From assembly GCF_009914755.1 (NCBI RefSeq), contig NC_060935.1: a DNA stretch of 64,000 bases; one strand, written 5' to 3'. Below are positions 1-22,379 of the stretch, in pieces. Positions within the stretch are counted from its first letter, which is position 1. Each line of letters begins with the position of its first letter. This DNA comes from the human T2T-CHM13v2.0 reference genome, Homo sapiens. The notes beneath the pieces are model-generated. The model did not search any database, was not told the origin of the DNA, and was given only the letters and a program-made list of their open reading frames with translations. A program made the position numbers and the translations under genes.

Positions 1-400
1 TTCTTGCATTGATATAAAGGAATACCTGAGACTGGGTAATTTATAAAGAAAAGAGGTTTAATTGACTCTTGGTTCTGCAGGCTGTATAAGCATGGCACCG
101 GCATCTGCTCAGCTTCTGGTGAGAGCCTCAGGGAGCTTTTACTTATGGTGGTAGGTGAAGTGGGAGCATGTGTGTCACATTGCAATAATGGGAGAAAGAG
201 AGAGGGGGAGAGGTGCCATGCACTTTTAAACAACCAGATCTCATGAGAACTCACTCACTGTCACAAAAACAGCACCAAGACATTCATGAGGAATTTACCC
301 CCCATGATCCAACCACCTCCAACCAGGCCATACCTCCTCCAACACTGGGGATTATATTTTAACATGAGATTTGGAGAGGTCAAATATCCAAACCATATCA
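1..400 (-). mobile_element. MaLR LTR (MST/THE1-type), cut by window start
   Basis: Ends in ccaaaccatatca, the reverse complement of the TGATATGGTTTGG MST/THE1 start; typical gggtaatttataaagaaaagaggtttaattg motif. Confidence 0.85.
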
Positions 401-439
401 CTCCCTTTAGTTGTAACTTAATTACAACAGAGAAATTCC

Positions 440-605
440 TTAACCTTTGCCCTATAACATCACATAATCAAGGGAGTGATATCCCGTAACCTTTGTCATA
501 TTCTACTAGTTAAAAGTAACTTAAAGATTCCATCCACATATGAGGGGAGGGGATTATACAAGGGAGTGCATCATGAGGAGTCATTTTAGGATTTTGCCTG
601 CTGTA
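440..605 (-). mobile_element. Old MLT-class LTR fragment
   Basis: aggggaggggattatacaaggg...attttgcctgc resembles the reverse of an MLT terminus. Confidence 0.4.
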
Positions 606-629
606 CCTGTCACCTGTTACCTACATTTA

Positions 630-1275
630 TTTACGTGCTCAAACTAACTGAAATCTTGATCTCTACTTGTAAATCACCTCCTCCAACAGACTTCTCCATC
701 TCATTCAATGGCAACATCATCCTTCTGCTTGCTTGGTCCTCACATCCCAAATACATCTTGTCTCCTCTCTTTCCCTCATCCCTTTTATCCAATCTTTAGC
801 CCTACTTTCAACATCTAAGAAGAGTCTGATCACTTCTACTGCTACTACCATGGTAACTGGTTTCTCTCTCTCTTTTCCACTTCATTGCAGCTACTCCCTA
901 TTGGCCTCTTCTTCCATTCTCTTATATTTTCATAACACAGTAGACTGTGTCTCTGTTGAAGTGTCACTTCTCTGCTTCTAGCACTCTGGTGGCCTTCATC
1001 TCACTTAGAGTAAAGGCAAATTCCTTATGTGATTGGGTCCTGTTACCTCATAGCACTCCTTTCACACTTTTTGTCCTAATTCAGTCCACTCTAGTCACAA
1101 TGGCCACCCTGCTGCTCCTAGCATGCAGTAGGCATTTGCTGTGCCCACAGATGCCCACAGGATTCAATTCCTTCCTTCACTGAATGGAAATCTTTGCTCA
1201 ATATTTGCTGTTATTGGTTAGACTTCCCTGAATATCTTAGTTATATTCACAACTCTCCAACTCCCTACTCACTTT
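630..1275 (+). mobile_element. L2 LINE 3' remnant
   Basis: Pyrimidine-rich L2-like motifs (ccatctcattcaatggcaacatcatcc; ctcacttagagtaaaggcaaa; cagtccactctagtcacaatggcc). Confidence 0.6.
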
Positions 1276-1299
1276 TATCTTTTTAAAAAATTAATTTAG

Positions 1300-4045
<2,746 letters not shown>

Positions 4046-4069
4046 TCCTAGTATTTCTCTTCAGCAAAT

Positions 4070-4990
<921 letters not shown>

Positions 4991-5314
4991 TTTTTTTTTT
5001 TTAGATTCAGGGTACATGTGGAAGTTTGTTACGTAGGTAAGTTATGTGTCATGGGAGTTTGATGTACAAATTATTTTGTCACCCAAGTAATAAACCTAGA
5101 ACCCGATAGGTAATTTTTCAGTCCTCACCCTCCTGCACACTACACCCTCAAATAGGCCCTGGTATCTGTTGTTCCTTCTTTGTGTCCATGAGTACACAAT
5201 GTTTAGCTTCCACTTACAAGTGAGAACATGTGTTATTTGGTTTTCTGTTCCTGCATTAGTTGGCTTAGGATAATGGCCTCCAGCTCCATCCATGTTGCTG
5301 CAAAGGACATGACC

Positions 5315-5609
5315 TTTTTTCTTTTGAGACAGAGTCTTGCTCTGTCGCCCGGGCTGGAGTGCAGTGGCGCGATCTCAGCTCACTGCAAGCTCTGCCTCCC
5401 AGGTTCACGGCCATTCTCCTGCCTCAGCCTCCCAAGTAGCTGGGACTACAGGTGCCCACCACCACGCCCGGCTAATTTTTTTTGTATTTTTAGGAGAGAT
5501 GGAGTTTCACCGTGTTAGCCAGGATGGTCTCGATCTCCTGACCTCGTGATCTGCCTGCCTTGGCCTCCCAAAGTGCTGAGATTACAGGCATGAGCCACTG
5601 CACCCGGCC
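5315..5609 (-). mobile_element. AluY
   Basis: ctgcaagctctgcctcc and cgtgttagccaggatggtctcgatc diagnostics; TSD gcaaaggacatga. Confidence 0.95.
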
Positions 5610-5766
5610 CGCAAAAGGACATGATCTCGTTCTTTTTTTTTTTTGTATGGCCCTGTAGTATTCCTTGGTGTATATGTAGCACATTTTATCTAGTCTACCA
5701 TCGATGGGCATTTAGGTTGATTCCATGTCTTTACTATTGTGAATAGTGCTGCAATGAACACACGGT

Positions 5767-6167
5767 TGTTGGGGTGATCAGACCCAATACCAGGTTGTGG
5801 GGGTGACAAAGTCCGGTGGAGTCAAAGGATTGAGAAAAAGACAGTTTGAGAGAGAAAAGTGGGACACCAGGGGGCCATTGCTAGTGTACAGAGGCTGCGA
5901 AGGGCCTGAGCTCTGGGAGCCCATGCTATTTATTGGTAATCCAACAGAGAAACAGGTGATGAGAATGGGGAGGTCAAAAGGGCAGGTGCATGGTCTACAG
6001 CTGTGATGGTTTAGCATTTATAAGGAACATGTTCTGCTGCTTGAGATAATGGGAATAGGAGCCTAGGAGGGCTAGAAGCAAGGAGTCAGCAAGTCTAGTC
6101 ACATTCCAGAGGATATTATGCAAGCCCTGCCTTGGTTTCCCTCCCAACACTCAGCTTTTTCCCAACA
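5767..6167 (-). repeat. 3' LTR (LTR14-type)
   Basis: Direct repeat of 9749-10147; adjacent tgcccacttctctttttt is the reverse complement of a PPT; AATAAA on minus strand at ~5928-5933. Confidence 0.9.
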
Positions 6168-6884
6168 TGCCCCACTTCTCTTTTTTGTAAAAGAGAAGGT
6201 AACATTATTACTAGCATGAGAGGTGACCTCTTTTAATTGAGCAAGGCGATTGCAGGCTGTGCAGCCCTTAATTGCTGGTTGGTGATCCAGCTTCACTTTT
6301 CTTAGCCCTTATTCAAACTGGAGTCTCTCTGGTTTGAATGCTTCCCACATATCTCCCCTTTCTCTTTTATAAGAGGACCCTGAATCCTAGGGGTTGCAGA
6401 AGAGTGAAGGTCCGTCTTCTGTAACTTCTTCATGCTGAATAGGGGCGATGATACTGCTGCCTAACTATTAGCGTCTCTTGTATTCAGGGTAGAGAGGAGC
6501 TGAGTCAGAAAGCATTGGTCCATTAAGCATGATGACTCTGGTTGGTCTTCGTTCCATCTTCGCATTCAGATTCAACTGGATCATGGCTCATACAAGGGGA
6601 ACCCAGTCCATGGCTGGGATCCATGGGTCCCTCCAGTCTCCTGTTCCATGGTTGTACACATTTTGAGGGCATCCACACGGTTAGTTCATCTCCTGCAAAA
6701 CACGAGCCTACCCTCACCCCCATGTTAGTAAATCTACTGAAACAGAAGCAAAAACATTTGTGGCTATAGCCGGAAGGCCACTGATAATGAGAAACAGGCC
6801 CCTTCTAACAGAAGGCACAGAGAAAGCAAATTGAGGCTTTTCAAACCTTTGATTCACACAGTACAGGTGGGTCCACTAGATGCT

Positions 6885-6990
6885 GTGGCTCATGATAGAG
6901 CTTCAGATGTTTGGTAGGCACCCACACAGGCACCTGATTGTCACCTGGACAGACACAAGCAAATCCTCTTCCCCATAAAATTACCTTTAG
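6885..6990 (-). pseudogene. Betaretroviral integrase C-terminal remnant
   Basis: Minus strand [33 protein letters not shown] (WGRG.ACV motif of class II integrases). Confidence 0.8.
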
Positions 6991-7036
6991 GCAGGGATTG
7001 GAGGACGTAGATTCAGAGGTAAGGAGAATTTTGGGG

Positions 7037-7495
7037 CCTAATGGCTTCCTGATGTTTGATAGGTGTTCTCTCGGAAGTTAGGAATTCCCTTTCTCTCCAT
7101 ATTGCTGCGTGGGCATGGAGGACTAGGTAAGCATTCTTAGAATCTGTATATATATTTACCCTTTTTCCTTCTCCTAATTCTGTGTATAATGGCCCCTGCT
7201 TTTGCTAGGATGTCTCTCCCTAACAAAGGAGTGGGGCTTTCAGGCATAATTAGAAAAGCATGTGAAAAGAGTAAAGTTCCCCAGTCACAACGTAGTGGCT
7301 GGGAGAAGTATCTAGTGACTGCCTGTCCTAGGAACCCTCGGATAGTGACAAATCTGGAGGACAGTTGTCCGGGACAGGAGAAAAAGACTGAAAAGGCTGC
7401 GTCAGTGTCCAGGAGACAGTTAACCTCCTGGCCCTCAATGGTCAAGCGTACCTGGGGAGGGTGATGGCATGGGCTGGTGCTTGCCCCGGGCACCC
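7037..7495 (-). pseudogene. HERV-W-like protease fused by deletion to an RNase H fragment (RT absent)
   Basis: CLLDTDAAFSV (DTGA active site mutated), PTPLLGRDILAKAGAII, then ELGEGKRVNIYTDSK.AYLVLHAHAAIWRER in another frame. Confidence 0.85.
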
Positions 7496-7827
7496 TCAGT
7501 CCTGCTGCTGGATTATCTGGTTAGGGGCTTCTGATTCAGAGGACCTTCGTCCCCTGGGGCAGTAGGCCTTCCAGTGATTCACTTGACATAAGGGGCATGG
7601 ACGAGGTGGCGGCTTATTTCTATTCGGATCTCTCCATGTCAGATCAAAGAATTGTCCTAACTCTTGTAAAACATCAATATAGCCATCAGGGTTATCTGAG
7701 AATTTACCTAGGTCTATTTTAATTTGTTTCAAGTCTGAAAGGGAAAAAGGTATATACACTCTGACTGGGCCAAATTCTCCAGAATACAACTTAAGGGCAT
7801 TTTTGCTTTGGGGGGAACGTTTCCCAT
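7496..7827 (-). pseudogene. HERV-W/HERV17-like gag, two large internal deletions
   Basis: MGNVPPKAKMPL start, then EFGPVRVYIPFSLSDLKQIKIDLGKFSDNPDGYIDVLQ, then PPPRPCPLCQVNHWKAYCP and QQD-stop. Confidence 0.85.
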
Positions 7828-8929
7828 CTGAAAAAAAGAACACAGGGATGCCAGCACCCCTAGTCATTTTCCAATGAGCATTAGTCCTACAGCGTCCTCT
7901 ATGGTCCTAATGCTTATTCTTTTCCAGGGTGCGTAACCACCCATGGACCTCTGCTTATTGGATTGGTTATGCTCACCAATGTAGCAGTCCTGCACCTGTT
8001 TTCCCACCTTTCTTGACTGCAAAGAAAGGGCTCTGGGCTGCTGGATTCTAGTGGTCCTTTACCAGCATGCCCAACACGCCTTTGTGCTTAGAGGTGAGTT
8101 CTAGAGCTGGGCTGGGTTCCTAGTTCATAATAACCCAACTGCCCCATCAAGATGCATTCCCATAAATAGTTCTTATGCAAATTCATTTCAGAGAGGGTGT
8201 AGGTAACCTTTTGAGTCAGGATTGAGATAGAGTTTGATTCTGTGAGTACTTTAAGGCTTGGCTGAGTGCAAACAGCTCTCACATTTGAGCAGACCAATTA
8301 TTAAGCAACTTTTCTAACTCTGCTTCTACAAGTCTCCCTATCAATTACTGAATACCCATTGTGTGTGTGTGTGTGTTTTCCCCTCAATCACCCGGGAGGA
8401 ACAATCTATCATCCTGTCCTGAAGGGAGTTCCTCCTAGGTCTGGTTAGACCTTTGTATGGTAATTAAGTTTTAAATCTCTCATTAGGAAACCTGCTGGGT
8501 TAAGGGAATTTTCAGTGGTTAATATTAAATCACTTTTTTTTTTTTTTTAACAGAATAGCCCCATACTTTAAGATTGAGTTTGTAAGCTACCTTTTTGCTT
8601 TTTTAACTTAGGATTGCTCTGAACTGGTGGTGTGTGCTCCCAGTGAGGTTTCTTCTAAAGGTTATTTTTCTACTTTCTTCTGTTAGCAAAGCAGTTGCCG
8701 CTACAGACTGAATGCATTTGGGCCATCTACGGGTTACTGGGTTAAGGATTTTTGATAGGAAGGCTACTGGTTGTCACTGATCTCACTGCTTTCGGGCTAT
8801 GCCCTTGTTTACACTGACAACAAGGTAGTATTGGAGTGTTATAGGGGCACAGAGAAGACCTTCAAAGATCAATTATAGGTTTTAAAGTTACCCTGGCTTT
8901 TAAAGGAATAGGGTACACTTTTTTCTTTA

Positions 8930-9598
8930 CTTGTGTTTGTCTCTCCTTTGTAGATGGATTTTGGAAACACAGCGGAAGGATATTTGCTGTCCTCCCTGCT
9001 GGATTATAGTTACGGGAAATTGCCATGCTTCAAGGTGTCCTTCAGCTCTAGCCTTTTGAATAGAATTTTGTATAGCACCACCAGGTTTTCATGTTGCAAC
9101 TGCAGGAGCAGTAAGTTTTGTAGCTAATTCATTTTCTTGCCCATTAAGGGGAGAAAGAGGAGGTGGCCTTTCACTTAATTCAGCAGGTGGAGCTGACGGG
9201 CTAATAAAACATACTTTTTCAGTTTCCCTTTAATTTCCTGTTTCCTGTTCCTCACATTCAGAATCTGAAGTTTTTTACACTGGTCCTCCTCTTCCTTATC
9301 TGAATCTGCCTCATCATCTGTTTGAAATGTCTCAAGAGCTGCTTTTATTAGTGCCCACACTGAGCAAACCGAAACTGGAATTTTTGCTCCATCTTTATAC
9401 GCTTTTAAAAAATTTCAATTCTCTCCCATTTATCCAACTCCATAGTCCCTTGTTCTGGGAACTATGGACAAAACTGCTTTACTGCACTAAAGAGTGAGTG
9501 ATGATAAATTCTGAGTACTAACTTTCACTCCCCTTCTTCGAAATAAATGCCTTAAGAAATTTAAATAAGCAGAATGTCTGCTTTCACTTTGTCCCTCT
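8930..9598 (-). pseudogene. Betaretroviral (HML/HERV-K) gag 5' remnant
   Basis: Minus strand reads GQSESRHSAYLNFLRHLFRRRGVKVSTQN; ORF 9175-9360 WALIKAALETFQTDDE; start codon and frame disrupted. Confidence 0.75.
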
Positions 9599-9725
9599 GT
9601 TACCCTGGTTCTCCCGAGTGCTCAGCTTTCCCTCTGAGCTTCTTTTAGACGTCCTTGGGTGTCCTTTTTGACAATGCATTCTCCACTTTCACACGCTCTA
9701 GCATTCCTTTACCAGGGTCTTTGTC

Positions 9726-9744
9726 GCTCCACATTGGGCAGCCA
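9726..9744 (-). promoter_or_regulatory. Primer binding site, tRNA-Lys type
   Basis: Minus strand TGGCTGCCCAATGTGGAGC vs canonical HERV-K TGGCGCCCAACGTGGGGC. Confidence 0.8.
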
Positions 9745-9748
9745 GGAA

Positions 9749-10147
9749 TGTTGGGGTGATCAGACCCAAAACCAAGTTGTGGGGGTGACAAAGTCCAGCG
9801 GAGTCAAAGGATTGAGAAAAAGACAGTTTGAGAGAAGTGTGAAACACCAGGGGGCCATCGCTAGTGTACGGAGGCTGCGAAGGGCCTGAGTTCTGGGAGC
9901 CCACGCTATTTATTGGTAATCCAACAGAGAAACAGGTGGTGAGAATGTGGAGGTCAAAAGGGCAGGCGCATGATCTACAGCAATGATGGTTTAGCATTTA
10001 TAAGGAACATGTTCTGCTACTTGAGATAATGGGAATAGGAGCCTAGGAGGGCTAGAAGCAAGGAGCCAGCAAGTCTAGACACATTCCAGAGGACATTATG
10101 CAAGCCCTGCCTTGGTTTCCCTCCCAACACTCAGCTTTTTCCCAACA
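9749..10147 (-). repeat. 5' LTR (LTR14-type)
   Basis: Roughly 20-25 differences from the 3' LTR by manual count; followed on the minus strand by the PBS. Confidence 0.9.
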
Positions 10148-10173
10148 TATGTTTGCATGTGTCTTTATGGTAG

Positions 10174-10533
<360 letters not shown>

Positions 10534-10702
10534 GGTTTTAAGTTTTTTGAGAAATCATCACACTGTTTTCCTCAGTGGCTAAACTAATTTACATTCCCAC
10601 CAGCAGTGTATAAGCAGTCCCTTTTCTTTACAACCTTGCCAGCATGTGTTATTTTTTCACTTTTTATAATAGCCATTTTGACTGGTATGAGATGATATCC
10701 CA

Positions 10703-11007
10703 TTTTTTTTTTTTTTTTTTCTGAGACAGAGTTTCACTCTTGTTGCCCAGGCTGAGTACAATGGCACCATCTTGGCTCACTGCAACTACTGCCTCCTGGG
10801 TTCGAGTGATTCTCCTGCCTCAGCCTCTCAAGTAGCTGGGATTACAGGTGAGTGCCACCATGCCTCGCTAGTTTTTGTATTTTTAGTAGAGATGGAGTTT
10901 CACTATGTGAAATGCCAGGCTGGTCCTGGACTCCTGACCTCATGTGATCTGCCTGCTTTGGCCTCCCAAAATGCTGGGATTACTGGCATGAGCCATCATG
11001 CCTGGGC
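10703..11007 (-). mobile_element. AluS (Sq/Sp-like)
   Basis: gagtttcactcttgttgcccagg diagnostic; poly-T; TSD cccatt. Confidence 0.9.
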
Positions 11008-12469
11008 CCCATTGTGGTTTTGATTTACTTTTTTCTGATGATTAGTGGTGCTGCACTTTTTTTTTTCACATGCTTATTGGCCACGTGTATATCGTCTTTT
11101 GAAAAGTGTTCATTTCCTTTGCTCACTTTTTAATTTTTTTGTTTGATTTTTGCTTGTTATTTATAGATTCTGGATATTAGACCTTTGTCAGATGCATAGT
11201 TTGCAAATATTTTCTCCCATTCTGTAGGTTGCCTGTTTACTCTGTTGGTAGTTTCTTTTGCTGTGCAGAAGCTCTTTAATTAGGCCCAATTTATCAATTT
11301 TTGTTTTTCTTGCAATTCTTTTGGCATCTTTGTCATGAAATCTTTGAAAGGGCCTATGTCTAGAATGGTATTTGCTAAGTTATCTTCCAGGGTTTTTATA
11401 GTTTTTGGTTTTACATTTAAGTCTTTAATCCATCTTGAGTTTATTTTTGTTTATGATATAAGGAAGGGGTCCAGTTTCAATCTTCTGCATATGGCTAGCC
11501 AGTTGTCCTAGAACGAGCTATTGAATAGGGAGTCCTTTCCCCATTGCTTATCTTTGCTGACTTTGTTGAAGATCAGGTTGTTGTAGGCATGCAGCATTAT
11601 TTCTGGGCTGTCTATTCCATTCCATGGGTCTATGTGTCTGTTTCTGTACCAGTACCATGCTATTTTGGCTAATGTAGCCTTGTAGTGTAGTTTGAAGTCA
11701 GGTAAAGTTATGCCTCCAGATTTATTCTTTCTGCTTAGGATTGCTTTGGCTATTCAGGCTCTTTTTTGGTTTCATATGAATTTTAGAGTAGTTTTTCCTA
11801 ATTCTATGGAATGTCATTGGTAGCTTGATAGGAATAACATTGAATCTATAAATTGTTTTGGCTAGTATGGCCATTTTAACAATATTGATTCTTCCTATCC
11901 ATGAGCATGGACTTTTTCCTTTTGCTTGTATCATCTCTGAATTCTTTCAGCAATGTTTTGTAATTCTCATTGTAGAGATCTTTTACCTTCCCGGTTAGCT
12001 GTATTCCTAGGTATTTTATTTTTGTGTGTGGCTCTTGTGAATGGGATTGTGCTCGTGACTTGGCTCTCAGCTTGGATGTTGTTGGTGTATGGAAATGCTA
12101 CTGACTTTTGTACATTGATTTTTGTATCCTGAAACTTTGCTGAAGTTGTTAATCAAATCTAGGAGCTTTGGGGCAGAAACTATGGGGTTTTCTAGGTATA
12201 GAATCACATAATCTGTAAATAGAGATAGTTTGACTTTCTCTCTTCCTATTGGATGCCTTTTATTTCTTTCTCTTGCCTGATTGCTCTGGCTAAGACTTCC
12301 AGTACTACGTTGAATAGGAGTGATAAGAATGGGCATCCTTGCCTTGTTCCAATTCACAAGGAAAATGCTTTCAGCTTTTGCCTATTCATGATGATGTTGG
12401 CTGTGAGTTTGTCATAGATGGCTCTTATTATTTTGAGGTATGTTCCTTCAATGCCCAGTTTGTGGATGA

Positions 12470-18235
<5,766 letters not shown>

Positions 18236-19330
18236 GTTGTTGAGGATTTTAACATGAAGAGATGTTGAATTTCAGTGAGAATCTTTTCTGCATCTATTGA
18301 GATAATCATGTGTTTTTTTTTTTAGTTCTGCTTATGTGCTGAATCATATTTATTAATTTGTGTATGTTGAACCCACCTTGCATCCCAGGAATAAAGCCTA
18401 CTTGATTATGGTGGATTAGCTCTTTGGTTTGCTAGTATTTTGTTAAGGACTTTTGCATCTATATTCATGAAGGATAGTGGCCTAAAATTTTTCTTTTTTT
18501 GTTGTGTCCCTGCCAGGTTTTGGTATCAGAATGGTGTTAGCCTCATAGGTTGAGTTTGGGAGGAGTCCCTCTTGCTCAATTTATTGGAATAGATTCAGAA
18601 GGATTGGGACTAGCTCATTTAAAGCTCATTATTGGTGTGTTCAGGGATTCAGTTTCTTCCTGATTCAATCTTGGGAGGTTGTGTTTCCAGGAATTTATTC
18701 ATTTCCTCTAGATTTCCTAGTTTGTTTGCATGAAGGTGTTCATAATAGTGTCTGAGGATCTTTCGTATTTCTGTGGAATTGGTCATAATGTCATCTTTCT
18801 TGTTATTGATTATGCTTATTTGGATGTTCTCTCTTTTTTTCTTTATTAATCTAGCTAGCAGTCTATTGATCTTATTTATCCTTTGAAAGAACCAAGTTTT
18901 CCTTTTATTAATTTTTTTGTATACATTTTTGGGTCTCAAAATGTTCTGCTCTGATTTTAGTTATTTGATTTCTTCTACTAGCTTTGGTGTTAATTTGTTC
19001 TTGTTTTTCCAGTTCCTCTAGGTGTGATGTTAGAGCATTAATTTGAGATCTTTCTAACTTTTTGAGGTAGGTGCTAAGTGCAGTCAACTTTCTTCTTACC
19101 ACTGCTCTTGCTGCATCCTAGAGATTTTGATATGTGGTGTGATGTTTTCATATATTTCGAAGAATTTTTTGGTTTCTGCCTTAGTTTTCCTGTTTACCAA
19201 AAAGTCATTCAGGAGCAAGTTGTTTAATTTCATGTAATTCTGTGATTTTGAGAGAGCTTCTTGGTGTCGATTTCTGTTTTTATTCCACTGTGGTCTGAGA
19301 GTATGATTTAAAAAATTTTTTTGCACATAA

Positions 19331-19636
19331 ATCAGAACCTCAATGCGATACACCTTACTCCTGCAAAAATGGCCATAATCAAAAAATTAAAAAAAAAATG
19401 TTGACAGGGATGCGGTGAAAAAGGAACACTTTTACACTGATGGTGGGAATGCACACTAGTACAACCACTATGGAAAACAGTGTAGAGATTCCTTAAAGAA
19501 CTAAAGTCATTATATGAAAAAGGTACTTGCGCATGCATGTTTATAGCAGCACAATTTGCGATTGCAAAAGTATAGAACCAGCCCAAATGCCAATTAATCA
19601 ATGAGTGGATAAAGAAAATGTTTTATAAATAAATAA

Positions 19637-19667
<31 letters not shown>

Positions 19668-19998
19668 AACACACACACATAAGTATATATATACAAGTAT
19701 GGAATACACACACACACACACACACACACACACTCAGGAATGGAAAACGAAACGTTGTATGTTTTCACTCATAAGTGGGAGCTAAGCTATGAGGATCAAA
19801 AGGCATAAGAATGATGCAACGGACTTTAGGGACTTCGGGGAAAGTGGGAGCGGGTGAGGGACAAAAGACTACACATTGGGTATTGGGTACACTGCTCAGG
19901 TGATGGGTGCACCAAAATCTCATAAATCACCATTAAAAACTTATTCATGTAACCAAACACCACCTGTTCCCCCTAAATCTATTGAAATAATAAAAAAA
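19331..19998 (+). mobile_element. 5'-truncated L1PB 3' fragment inserted antisense into the host L1
   Basis: gggtacactgctcaggtgatgggtgcaccaaaatctca...attgaaataataaaaaaa. Confidence 0.85.
19624..19733. repeat. Compound (TAAA)/(TA)n/(CA)n microsatellite
   Basis: Directly visible. Confidence 0.95.
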
Positions 19999-21349
19999 GT
20001 ATTACATGTGATTGATCATGAAGTATGTTCATTGTGCAAAAGAGAAAAATGTATATTTTGTGTTTGATGGGTGGTGTATTCTGCAGGTGTCTATTAGGTT
20101 AATTTGGTTAAGTGTTGAGTTCAGGTCCCAGATATCTTTGTTAGTTTTCTGCCTCAGTACCTGCCTAATGCTGTCAGGGAGATGTTGAAGTTTCTCAGTA
20201 TTATTGTATGGCTGTCCAAATCTGTTTGCAGGTCTAGAAGTACTTATTTTGTAAATCTGGGTGCTCCAGTTTTGGGTATGTATATATTTAGGATAGTTAA
20301 GTGTTCTTGTTGAATTGAACCCTTTATCATTGTGTATCCATTCCCCCACTTTTTTACTGTTGTTGGATTAAAGTCTGTTTTATTGATATAAGAATAGTGA
20401 CTCCTGTTTTTTGTTTTCCATTTTTGTGATAGATCTTTCTCCAACTTGTTACTTTGAATTTGTGGATGTTGTTTCATGTGAGATGGGTTTCTTGAAGACA
20501 ACAGACAGATGGGTCTTTTTTTTTTTTTTGTCCAACTTGCCACTCTGTTCCTTTTAAGTGGGGGCATTTAGATTATTTACATTCAAGGTTAATATTTATA
20601 TGTAAGATATTGATCTTATTAAGTTGTTAGCTGGTTGCTTTGCAGTTTTTATTGTGTAGTTGCTTTATGGGGTCTATGGGTTACGTACTTAAGTGTGCTT
20701 TTGTGGTAGCAGTATTGTTATTTTGTTTCTGTGTTTAGAACTCCCTTAACAATCTCTCATTAGGCTGGTCTAGTGATAAGGAATTCTCTAGTGCTTGTTT
20801 GTCTAGAAAAGTTTTTATTTCTCCTTTGCTTATGAAGCTTAGTTTTGCAGGATATGAAATTCTTGGTTGGAATTTCTTTTCTTTAAGAATGCTGAAAATG
20901 GGCCCCCAATCTCTCCTGGGTTGTAATATTTCTGCTGGGAAGTACACAGTTAATCTTATGGGACTCCCTTTGTACATGAGCTGATCTTTTCCTTTAGCTG
21001 CTTTCAAGAGTTTTTCTTTAGCACTAACCTTGTATAGTCTGGTGACTATATGCCTTGGTGATATTTGTTTTGCACAGTATCTCACAGTTTGTTCCTTGGA
21101 TTTCTTGTATCTGGATGTCTACCTCTCTAGCAAGATTAGGAAAATTTTCTTGAATTATTCCCTTAAATATGTTTTCCAGGTCATTTATTTTTTTTCTCCT
21201 TATCCTTCAGGAATGCCAGTAATTTCTATATAATCCCATTTTTTTTTCCTCAAAGGTTTTGTTAATTATTTAAAAATTTTTTTTTTTTTTTTTTACTTTT
21301 ATCTGACTGGGTTAGTTAGAAAGATGAGGCTTCAAGCTCTAAAATTCTT

Positions 21350-21462
21350 TTTCTTTTTTAAATTCTATTTTTAGATTCCAGATGTACATGTTCAGGTTTA
21401 TTACTTTGGTATATTTTGTGATGCTGAGGTTTGGGGTACCAATGATCCTGTCACCCAGGTAC
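21350..21462 (-). mobile_element. Tiny L1PA15/16-like 3' terminus inserted in host ORF1
   Basis: poly-T then gatgctgaggtttggggtaccaatgatcctgtcacccaggta. Confidence 0.7.
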
Positions 21463-22379
21463 CAAAACCTTGATGTTATCTCTTCTGTTTGGTTCAGTCT
21501 ATTTATAAAGATTTTGATTGTACTTTGAAAATCCTTATGTGAGATTTTCAATTCTGGAAGCTCTGATTGGTTTCTTTTTATGATGTTTATCTCTTCCTTC
21601 ATTTCTTGGATCAATTTAGAAGTTTCATTGTGATCTTCCACCTTATCTTGGATCTCATTGAGCTTCCTTGCAATCCATGCTTTGAATTATTTATCTGTCA
21701 TTTCTGGGTCACTATTTTGGTAGGGCTCATTGCTGGAGAGCTAGTGTGATCTTTTGATGGTATCACTACATTCAGATTTTTCATAATGCCAGAATTCTTG
21801 TACTGGTTCTTTCTTATCTGGAGATGCTGGCACTTTTAATTTTTATAATTATTTTTATGCAGATAAGATTTTTGCTTTTTCTTCCTTTCCATATAATACT
21901 GGTTTTTTTCTTTCCTTTCCCCCGCTCTCCTTAAAGGATGTGACTGTACAGAATGTTGGGTAGGGTCTTTTGGCTTTGCTTCTATAGCCCTATGCACTTC
22001 TGTTGGCAGGTTTTATATTGGGTTGTGCTGTTTAACCTACAAGCCAGTAGATGAAGCTTATAGGTAAGAGCTGGCTGTGGCCAACATGGGTGGGCATATG
22101 CTTGATTCTCATTTTCTGGGAAAAGCTCTCTGTTGTCTTAGGTGATCAGCTGGTTCATGGAGCATACAGTCATCTAACCTCCTTGCTCAGTCCCAGACTA
22201 GGGGGGTGCAGTGGGCAAAATGGGTGGGGCCAGACCAGGCAGGCCCACCACAGGTCCCGGTGTGGAAGGCACAAGCAACAGCGCTGAGGGAGAATCCAAT
22301 GGCCATCTGGCAAGTGCTCAGAGGTATGCCTAAGTGTGGAGCTGGGAAACCTCCTTGGCCCCAAGTTCTCTGCATATTC

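Larger units (their letters stand above)
5767..10147 (-). mobile_element. Internally deleted hybrid endogenous retrovirus (HERV-K14/HML-like LTRs with HERV-W/HERV17-like core)
   Basis: Two ~400-bp direct LTRs with TG...CA ends, Lys-type PBS, polypurine tract next to 6168, mixed beta- and gamma-retroviral coding remnants; inserted in an L1 with degenerate 6-bp TSD cacggt/tatgtt. Confidence 0.9.
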
